Assembly: GCA_019747795.1 (NCBI GenBank)
Contig: JAIEQK010000035.1
Coordinates: forward strand, 3,665-67,664
Reading direction: 5' to 3'
DNA length: 64,000 nucleotides
Source of the DNA: Gammaproteobacteria bacterium
GTDB taxonomy: Bacteria; Pseudomonadota; Gammaproteobacteria; Ga0077536
The position numbers and the translations under genes were made by a program. Under the pieces are notes generated by a model. That model was not told where the DNA came from. It did not search any database and saw only the letters and a list, made by a program, of their open reading frames with translations. Shown in pieces: positions 36,277-43,379 of this stretch (its first letter is position 1; each line of letters starts with the position of its first letter).

Positions 36277-37659
36277 TCAGGGATGAGCGTGCACAGCGGC
36301 GGCGGTGAGATCGAGGCAGCGCGCGACGAGCGTGATCATTTCATCGATCTCCGCGCGGGTCATGACCAGCGCCGGCGAGAGCACCATGGTATCGCCCACC
36401 GCGCGCATCACCAGGCCCTCCTCGAAGCAGATGTCGCGGCACACCGTGCCGACTTCGCCGACCGGCGCGTGGCGGCGGCGCGTGGCCTTGTCCTTCACCA
36501 GTTCGAGCGCGGCGATAAAACCGATGCCCCGCACTTCGCCGACCAGAGGGTGCGCGGCGAACTCGCGCAGCCGCGCCTGCAGGTAGGGGCCGGTGTCGTC
36601 GTGCACGCGCTCCACGAGACGCTCGTCCTCGAGGATGCGCAGGTTGCGCTCGGCGACCGCGCAGCAGGTCGGATGGCCGGAGTAGGTGTAACCGTGGTTG
36701 AACTCCCCGCCGTGCTCGATGAGCGTCGTGGCTACCTCGTCGGAGACCATCACGCCGCCTATGGGCAGGTAGCCCGAGGACAGGCCCTTGGCGATCACCA
36801 TCAGGTCTGGTGTCACGCCGAAGTGCTCGCACCCGAACCAGCGGCCCAGTCGGCCGAAGCCACAGATCACTTCGTCGCTCACCAGCAGCACGTCGTACTT
36901 GCGGCAGATGCGTTCGATCTCGGGCCAGTAGCTGTCCGGCGGCACGATCACGCCGCCCGCACCCTGCACGGGCTCGCCGATGAAGGCCGCCACGCGCTCC
37001 GGACCGAGCGCCAGGATGCGCTCTTCCAGCAGGCGCGCCGCGCGCAGGCCGAACTCCTCGGGCGACAGGTCGCCGCCGCGCTCGAACCAGTAGGGCGGGT
37101 CGATGTGTTCTATGCCCGGAATGGGCAGTCCGCCCTGGGCGTGCATGTAGGGCATGCCGCCCAGGCTCGCGCCGGCCATGGTGCTGCCGTGGTAGGCGAG
37201 CCAGCGGCTGATGATGATGTCCTTGCGCGGCCTATGGCGGGTCGCCCAGTAGTGCCGCACCAGGCGCACCACGGTGTCGTTCGCCTCCGAGCCGGAGCTG
37301 GTGAAGAACACGTGGTTCAGGTGCGGCGGCGTCAACGCGGCGAGCCGCGACGCGAGCGCGAGCGTCGGCGGCGTCGCGGTCTTGAAGAAGCTGTTATAGA
37401 AGGGCAGGGTCTGCATCTGCGCGCTCGCGGCCTCGGCCAGTTCGCGCCGGCCGTAGCCGACGTTCACGCACCAGAGGCCCGCCATGCCGTCCAGCAGGCG
37501 GCGCCCCTCGGAGTCCCACAGGTAGACGCCCTCGGCGCGGGTGATGATGCGCGCGCCGCGCGCGTGCAGCGCACGGCTGTCGGTGAAGGGATGCAGGTAG
37601 TGCTGCCGGTCCAGTGCCTGCCAGCCGGCGGTGTCGTGCAGCGAGGCGAGCGTGCTCAT
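36277..37659 (-). CDS. class III (omega) aminotransferase, polyamine:pyruvate type (SpuC-like)
   Basis: 460 aa. Contains GLWCVNVGYG and DEVICGFGRLG, and the PLP Lys context VIAKGLSSGY. Confidence 0.85.
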   Translation of the reverse strand: MSTLASLHDTAGWQALDRQHYLHPFTDSRALHARGARIITRAEGVYLWDSEGRRLLDGMAGLWCVNVGYGRRELAEAASAQMQTLPFYNSFFKTATPPTLALASRLAALTPPHLNHVFFTSSGSEANDTVVRLVRHYWATRHRPRKDIIISRWLAYHGSTMAGASLGGMPYMHAQGGLPIPGIEHIDPPYWFERGGDLSPEEFGLRAARLLEERILALGPERVAAFIGEPVQGAGGVIVPPDSYWPEIERICRKYDVLLVSDEVICGFGRLGRWFGCEHFGVTPDLMVIAKGLSSGYLPIGGVMVSDEVATTLIEHGGEFNHGYTYSGHPTCCAVAERNLRILEDERLVERVHDDTGPYLQARLREFAAHPLVGEVRGIGFIAALELVKDKATRRRHAPVGEVGTVCRDICFEEGLVMRAVGDTMVLSPALVMTRAEIDEMITLVARCLDLTAAAVHAHP

Positions 37660-37826
37660 GGCGGGCTGGATCGATGGTTGGAAACGGACCGGCGGGCGCC
37701 GCGACGCCCAGCGGTAATTTGCATCAATTCCCCGCGAGCGTCGAGCCGCGCGGGCAGGCTGGTGAGAAGCGTCGCGAGCGCCGGCGGGATGCAGAATGAC
37801 GAGCGCGGTCGTTATCCACCCGCCTG

Positions 37827-39206
37827 CTAGAGGACGAAGTCCGTTGCGGTCAGGTTGTGCAGGCCCGCGAGGTCGATGCGGAAGTCGGCCTGGCGATCGC
37901 CGTTCACGTCACCCTCCACGGTGGTGCGATCGTTGGCCGTGCCGGCGGGGTTGGTGAAGAAAAACCGGAGATCGCCGGCCGTACCGTCGAATGCCGCCTT
38001 GCCGACGAACTTGAAGGCGTTGTTGGCGCCGCCGGTGATGGCGTCGATGCCGGACAGGTCGATGTCGTCGGTGCCGCGCAGGAAGTCCTTGATGAGGTCG
38101 CGGCCGTTGCTGGCCACGGTGCTCTCGCTCAACTGGTTGTAGTCGAAGATGTCGCGCGCCGCGCCGCCGCTGAGGGTGTCGCGGCCGCTGCCGCCGGTCA
38201 GGGTGTCGGTGCCATCACCGCCGTTCAAGGTGTCGTGGCCGGCCACGCCGAGCAGTCTGTCGTTGCCGTCGGCGCCCCCCAGTACGTTGTTGCCCTTGTT
38301 GCCGAGCAGCTGGTTGTTGCCGGTGTTGCCGGTGGCCTTGAGCGGTGCGACGCCGAGCAGGGTGGCGCTGCCGGCGCCCGCGCCCAAGGTGATGTTGCCG
38401 GAGGCCAGGATCTCGCTCGTGCCGGCCAGGTCGACCTTGACGTTGGCGTTGGCCGTGACGGTGACGTTCACCGCGCGGGCGAGGTCGCCGCCGCTGAACT
38501 CGACCACGTAGCTGCCGGCGTCGAGCGCGAGCGCATAGCCGCCGGCCGTGGCGGTGGTGGTGCTGTCCAGCGCGTTCCCTGCCTGCTTCGCGGTGACGCT
38601 GATGCCGGCGCGCTGCTCGCCGATGTCGTAGAAGTTGTCGCCGTCCGCGTCGGCGATGGCGACGCCGGTGATGAAGACCTGGTCGCCGCTGAAGGCGAAG
38701 TTCTGGGTGGCGAGCAGCGAGTCGAAGTTGGTGCCGCTGTCCTGGAAGCCACCGCGCTTGAGGCCGATGCCGAGCTCCTGGAAGTCCTCGAACAGGATGT
38801 TCTCGCGGTGCGGCGGGCTGACGAACAGGCCTTCGTGCTCGTCGAGGGTGAAGCCCGTGAGATTGAAGCCGTTGCCCGTAGTGCCCTGGAAGGCGATGTT
38901 CTCACCCGACGCGGCCGGCGGCGTGAACACGTAGCCGGCCAGTTCCATGCGGCTCTGCGGTGTGCCGTCGCCGATGCCCTCGTGCTCGAACAGGTCGACA
39001 TCGATCATGTGCTGGCTGTGGGCGCGCGCGGCGTCCACCAGCAGCAGGTTGCCGGCCAGCACCTGCTTGGCGGTGGCGGTCAGCGTGCCGGCCGCGAGGC
39101 CCTGGTTCAGATCGATGCCGAAACGCGCCGCTTCCCCCTTGGGATCGAGGCGGGCGCGATTGACGAGTTCGAGCATCAGCTGCTCTTGCACCGTGAACTG
39201 GGCCAT
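37827..39206 (-). CDS. secreted CAP/SCP-domain protein with RTX Ca-binding repeats and serralysin-type C-terminal secretion domain
   Basis: Internal ATG (cat 39204..39206). The CAP region is ELVNRARLDP...AHSQHM...GENIAF. The nonapeptide repeats are GGADGNDRLLGVAGHDTLNGGDGTDTLTGGSGRDTLSGG. The C-terminus is ...GDVNGDRQADFRIDL...TATDFVL. Confidence 0.75.
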   Translation of the reverse strand: MAQFTVQEQLMLELVNRARLDPKGEAARFGIDLNQGLAAGTLTATAKQVLAGNLLLVDAARAHSQHMIDVDLFEHEGIGDGTPQSRMELAGYVFTPPAASGENIAFQGTTGNGFNLTGFTLDEHEGLFVSPPHRENILFEDFQELGIGLKRGGFQDSGTNFDSLLATQNFAFSGDQVFITGVAIADADGDNFYDIGEQRAGISVTAKQAGNALDSTTTATAGGYALALDAGSYVVEFSGGDLARAVNVTVTANANVKVDLAGTSEILASGNITLGAGAGSATLLGVAPLKATGNTGNNQLLGNKGNNVLGGADGNDRLLGVAGHDTLNGGDGTDTLTGGSGRDTLSGGAARDIFDYNQLSESTVASNGRDLIKDFLRGTDDIDLSGIDAITGGANNAFKFVGKAAFDGTAGDLRFFFTNPAGTANDRTTVEGDVNGDRQADFRIDLAGLHNLTATDFVL

Positions 39207-39371
39207 GGGCACTCCTGCGTGAACGATGACGCTATGGTCGCGCGAAGTGTAATGCCGCGTCTGCGAAGCGTTGCAAACAACCGTGGCTTGCGGCACGCAT
39301 TGCCGATCGCGCGGTCGAACCACGAGGCCGGGAGCGCGACGAACCCGGCTGCCAGGGACTAGACTTTGACC

Positions 39372-39863
39372 ATGACCCGCCATCCACCTCCGTTGTTCGC
39401 CGCCGTGCTGGCCACGGCGCTCGCCGCGCCGGTGGGCGCGGTGACCGTGCACACCTGGGTGGACGAGCAGGGCGTGACCCATTTCGCCGACGCGCCGCCC
39501 GGCGGGGCGCAGCCATCAAACGAAGTGGAAGTGGACGAGGGGCCCATGGACGCGCGGGCGGAGGACGACTACTACTCCATCGTGAACCAGTGGCAGCGGC
39601 TGCGCGCCGAGCGCGAGGCGCAGGACGCGCTGGCGCTGGAGCGCGATCGCCTGGACGCCGAGCGCGCGCCGTCACCGCCGGTGGCGCCGACGCCAGCGCC
39701 CGAGGACGACCCGATGTTCCTATCGCCGTACTACGGTTTCGGCGCCGGGCGCTACCCGGGGCACCATCACCACCCGCCGCCGCTGGAGGATTACAGCGGA
39801 CCGCCGTCGCCGCCCGGGTCCTTCGTCAACATCAAGCCGCCGACCTGGCCCAGCCGGCGCTGA
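39372..39863 (+). CDS. DUF4124 domain protein with Pro-rich C-terminus
   Basis: A signal peptide is followed by VHTWVDEQGVTHFADAPP, which is typical of DUF4124. The ATG at 39372 is used; the track start at 39366 is TTG. Confidence 0.7.
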   Translation: MTRHPPPLFAAVLATALAAPVGAVTVHTWVDEQGVTHFADAPPGGAQPSNEVEVDEGPMDARAEDDYYSIVNQWQRLRAEREAQDALALERDRLDAERAPSPPVAPTPAPEDDPMFLSPYYGFGAGRYPGHHHHPPPLEDYSGPPSPPGSFVNIKPPTWPSRR

Positions 39864-39869
39864 AACCGT

Positions 39870-40097
39870 TTAGCGCGTGCGCTTGAGCACGAAGCGGTAG
39901 ACGCCGTCCTTGACCTCGGCGATGAGCAGTTCGTGGCCACTCGCCTCGCAGAAGGCGCGAAAGTCGGCGTCGGCGGCCGGATCGGTCGCCAGCACTTCGA
40001 GCGTCCCGCCGAGCGCGACTTCGCGCAGCGCCTTCTTGGTCTTCAGGATCGGCAGCGGGCAGTTGAGGCCCTGGGTATCGAGGCTGAGGTCGGCCAT
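39870..40097 (-). CDS. TusA/YeeD-family sulfur-carrier protein
   Basis: 75 aa from the internal ATG (cat 40095..40097). The active-site context is LDTQGLNCPLPILKTKKAL. Confidence 0.8.
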   Translation of the reverse strand: MADLSLDTQGLNCPLPILKTKKALREVALGGTLEVLATDPAADADFRAFCEASGHELLIAEVKDGVYRFVLKRTR

Positions 40098-40380
40098 GGT
40101 GACTCGCAGTAGGAACGGCAAGAGTTGCGCGGCGCGACGACTATACTGCTCGCCCGACGCAGCGCGGAGCCAAGGGCCCTGGTCGCAATCATCTCGTTCA
40201 CACCGAGGATGCGCCAGGGTAGTCGCCGCAAGGCGCGATTCGCGGGCAATAGCGCGTTATCGCCAAGAGTCGCGACGCCACCGAGTCAGGCCAGGCGCGG
40301 CCGGGTGTATAGAGAGTTGTGACCAGAATTCTTAGCACGACACACGGTGGCCGTCACGGCCCGCGCGGGCGACGAGGTTC

Positions 40381-41472
40381 ATGACCAGCCTGCGCGAATA
40401 CCTGATCCTCGCGGGGCCGGAGGCCTTGGCCTGGGGCGGACTCGTGCTCGGCTGCCTGTTCGGCGCGCTGGTCGAGGGTACGCGTTTCTGCGCCATGGGC
40501 GCGCTGTCCGACCGGCGCAACTTCGGCGACGGCCGGCGCCTGCGTGCCTGGCTGCTGGCGAGCGCGGTGGCGCTCGTCGGTACGCAGGCGCTTGCGGCGG
40601 GCGGCGTGGTGGAACTGCAGCTTTCCATGTACCTCGCGCCGCGCCTCGACTGGGCCGGGCATCTCCTTGGCGGTCTGCTGTTCGGTATCGGCATGGTGTT
40701 CGCCGGCGGCTGCGCGAGTCGCAACCTGGTCCGCCTGGGCGGCGGCGACCTGCGCGCGGCGGTGGTGCTCGGCGTGACCGGCGTGTTCGCCTACATGACG
40801 CTCGGGGGCGTGCTGGCGCCGCTCCGCGCGGCGCTGGAGACGGCTACGCGCATCGAGTGGCAATCCGCGGCGGACGGTTCGTTGCCGGCGGTGCTGGCGG
40901 CCGCCACCGGCGGCTCGCTCTCGACGCTGCGCGTGGCCGTCCTCGTGCTGGTGGCGGGCGGACTGCTGTTCTACTGCTTCGCCGATCCCGCGTTCCGCCG
41001 CGCGCCGCGCCAGCTGTGGGGCGGGGTCGGTGTCGGCCTGTGCGTGGTCGCCGCCTGGGCGCTGACCGGGCTCGCCTACGACGAGTTCGCGGATCTGCCG
41101 GTGCCGCCCCAGGCGCTGTCCTTCGTGCGTCCGGCGGGCGACACCCTCGACTACCTGCAGCGCTATACCGCGGGCGCGGTGCCGGGCTTCGGCGTGGCGA
41201 CGGTGCTGGGCGTCGTGCTCGGCGCGGCGGCGATGGCGCTGGTCACCCGGCGCTTCCGCCTGACCGGTTTCGCCGATTCGGCCGACACGCTGCGTAACCT
41301 GGCCGGCGGCGCCTTGATGGGCGTCGGCGGCGTGACCGCCATGGGCTGCAGCATCGGCCAGTCGGTCAGCGGGCTGTCGACGCTCGCGCTCGGTTCCTTC
41401 ATCGCCGCGCCGGCGCTGATCGCCGGCGGCTTGATCGGTCTCGCGCTGCTCGAGCGCTCGCTGGAGGGGTGA
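40381..41472 (+). CDS. YeeE/YedE family inner-membrane protein (thiosulfate/sulfur-compound transporter type)
   Basis: 363 aa and multi-TM. Cys-containing motifs are EGTRFCAMGA, FAGGCASRNL and AMGCSIGQ. Confidence 0.85.
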   Translation: MTSLREYLILAGPEALAWGGLVLGCLFGALVEGTRFCAMGALSDRRNFGDGRRLRAWLLASAVALVGTQALAAGGVVELQLSMYLAPRLDWAGHLLGGLLFGIGMVFAGGCASRNLVRLGGGDLRAAVVLGVTGVFAYMTLGGVLAPLRAALETATRIEWQSAADGSLPAVLAAATGGSLSTLRVAVLVLVAGGLLFYCFADPAFRRAPRQLWGGVGVGLCVVAAWALTGLAYDEFADLPVPPQALSFVRPAGDTLDYLQRYTAGAVPGFGVATVLGVVLGAAAMALVTRRFRLTGFADSADTLRNLAGGALMGVGGVTAMGCSIGQSVSGLSTLALGSFIAAPALIAGGLIGLALLERSLEG

Positions 41473-41481
41473 GGGCCGGAC

Positions 41482-42483
41482 TCAGAGCCCGGCCAGGATC
41501 TGCTGCGCGCGGCGATACATGGGCAGCACGCCCAAGCCTATCTTCTCCCACGCCGGGTCATGGCGCTTGCCGGTGCGATGCAGCTTGACGTTCAGGCAGC
41601 CGATGGACGCCAGCCGGTAGCCGGCCAGCGCCTGGTACCAGGGGATCTGCTCGTGACGCCGGCCGACGCCGGCCTCGAAGATCGCGCGGATCTCGTTCGG
41701 CGGCAGCGGATGGATGGGGTGATAGACCGGCGTCCAGTTGGCGTGGTCGGCGATCATCATCAGCCAGCCGACGTCCAGCAGCTTGGCGCCGATGCCGGAG
41801 ATCTCCCAGTCGATGATGCCGGTGAGCTTGCCGTTGGCGTAGAGCAGGTTGCCCGGCTGGTAGTCGCCGTGGAAGAGCCCCACCGGTTCGCCGTCCGGCA
41901 TGCTGTCCAGGAGCGCGCGCTCGGTGCGCTCGGCTTCCTCGACCCAGCTCGAGTCCAGCGCCTGCTGGTAGATGCGTTCCCAGCGGGTGATCTGTTCACG
42001 CAGGGGTTCCGGCTTCTCCCAGTCCGGCAGGTGCGTGCGCCAGTCGAACAAGTGAACCTGCACCAGCGCCTCGGCGCATTGCCGCCACAGCGGCTCGGCC
42101 GCCGCCGCGCTGCGGTCGAATTCGGCCGGCGGATCCCACACGAAGAACACATTGCCCGGCAGCCGTTCCATGACGATGAAGGGCACGTCGAAGTAGGGAT
42201 TCTCGTCGAAGGCGAAGGGCGTGGGCGGCACCGGCACGCCGGCGGCGAGCAGGGCGCGCATCAGCGGCGCCTGGCGATAGACGTCGGTATTGCCGTGGCG
42301 GCGCACGCCGCGCGGCGCGAGCTTGACGACGTAGCCGCGCCGCGCGCCGCCGTCGTCGACTTCGAACAGGAAGGTCAGGCCGGCATGGCCGTCGGAGACC
42401 TTGAGATTCACCACGCGCGCCCGCGTGCCGATTTCGCCGGCGACGAAGGCGTCGAGGCCGGTCTGTACTTCTGCGATGTCCAC
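41482..42483 (-). CDS. phosphotransferase (APH/choline-kinase-like) family protein
   Basis: The Brenner motif is LFHGDYQPGNLLY, followed by IIDWE. The start is taken as an in-frame GTG (cac 42481..42483). The upstream part of ORF 41482..42681 looks non-coding. Confidence 0.7.
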   Translation of the reverse strand: MDIAEVQTGLDAFVAGEIGTRARVVNLKVSDGHAGLTFLFEVDDGGARRGYVVKLAPRGVRRHGNTDVYRQAPLMRALLAAGVPVPPTPFAFDENPYFDVPFIVMERLPGNVFFVWDPPAEFDRSAAAAEPLWRQCAEALVQVHLFDWRTHLPDWEKPEPLREQITRWERIYQQALDSSWVEEAERTERALLDSMPDGEPVGLFHGDYQPGNLLYANGKLTGIIDWEISGIGAKLLDVGWLMMIADHANWTPVYHPIHPLPPNEIRAIFEAGVGRRHEQIPWYQALAGYRLASIGCLNVKLHRTGKRHDPAWEKIGLGVLPMYRRAQQILAGL

Positions 42484-42683
42484 CTTCGAGCCTCGAGCTG
42501 TTGGCGAGGCGTCACGTCTGTGCACGCGCGCCGCAGCGCATGATAACGCAGCGCGACTGGACGCCGGCAGGCGTCCGCGCCACTCAAGAATTCGCCTCGA
42601 GAGCCGCTGCAACAGGTGTCGTCGCGCCCGGCCGCGTGGGTGGGGCGCTGTTCCGATGACGAGCGCGGCGATCGAGGTCACTC

Positions 42684-43379
42684 TTGAATTGCAAGCCGAC
42701 TTGGATTCGTCCTGTCGCCCGCCACGCAGCCTCCGCGCTCGCCGCGCTGCTGCTCAGCCTGGCGCGGCCGGGTCAGGCGCTCGAACTCACGGTGCACGTC
42801 AGGGACGGCACCGGACAGCCAGTAGAGCGCGCCGTGGTGGCGCTGCATCCGGTGGCCGGCGCGCCCCCCGCCGCGGCTCGTGAATGGCTCGTGGACCAGG
42901 TCGACAAGCGCTTCGTGCCGGCCTTGCTCGCCATCCAGGTCGGCGACCGTGTGAACTTTCCGAACAGCGACAACATCCGTCACCACGTCTACTCGTTCTC
43001 ACCGGCAAAGACCTTCGAGCTGCCGCTCTATCACGGCATTCCGGCCGCGCCCGTCACCTTCGAGCGGGCGGGCAAGGTGGTGCTCGGCTGCAACATCCAC
43101 GATCGCATGGCGGCCCACATCTACGTGCTCGACACGCCCTGGTTCGCCGTCGTCGAGAACGGCAGCCATCGGTTCGACGGGCTCGCGCCCGGCGACTACG
43201 AGGCGGAAGTGCTGCACCCGGCCCAGGCCGAGGCCGCGCAGCGCACGCTGGTGCATCTCGCGGCGGCTACCGAGGTCCTGACCATGACCCCGACGCTGCA
43301 GCCGCCGCGGCCTGTCGATGACACGGCACTCTCCCCGCTGGCGCGCAAGTTCAAGGCGCTGCGCGATGCGCGACCTTAG
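42684..43379 (+). CDS. exported cupredoxin-like protein with amicyanin-type copper ligand set
   Basis: Signal peptide is ALAALLLSLARPGQA. Contains FPNSDNIRHHVYSF...LGCNIHDRMAAH, i.e. His ... Cys-x2-His-x2-Met. The only in-frame start is TTG at 42684. Confidence 0.7.
   Translation: MNCKPTWIRPVARHAASALAALLLSLARPGQALELTVHVRDGTGQPVERAVVALHPVAGAPPAAAREWLVDQVDKRFVPALLAIQVGDRVNFPNSDNIRHHVYSFSPAKTFELPLYHGIPAAPVTFERAGKVVLGCNIHDRMAAHIYVLDTPWFAVVENGSHRFDGLAPGDYEAEVLHPAQAEAAQRTLVHLAAATEVLTMTPTLQPPRPVDDTALSPLARKFKALRDARP

Noticed and set aside
34188-37830. Long plus-strand ORFs (34188..36308, 706 aa; 36106..37830, 574 aa) antisense to the polyamine operon.
   Set aside because: Their composition is dominated by Arg, Ala, Gly and His and they carry no recognisable motifs. 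The opposite strand carries unmistakable PotA/PotF/aminotransferase genes. These are typical antisense open frames of GC-rich DNA. The same reasoning applies to 8501..9676, 9673..10851, 11112..12341, 41560..42543, 47543..49207, 53789..55573, 55803..57137 and 60041..62137.
39285-39300. Sigma-54-like GGCACG...TTGC motif between the RTX gene and the DUF4124 gene. A TGGCAT at about 763 in the first intergenic region was considered too.
   Set aside because: The spacing between the GG and GC dinucleotides is 10 nt instead of the required 12. The second site has no TTGC element at all.
40141-40146. TATACT -10-like hexamer with an upstream TTGCGC in the tusA/yeeE intergenic region.
   Set aside because: The spacer between the two hexamers is only 11 nt, which is incompatible with a sigma-70 promoter. 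It is not reported as a feature.
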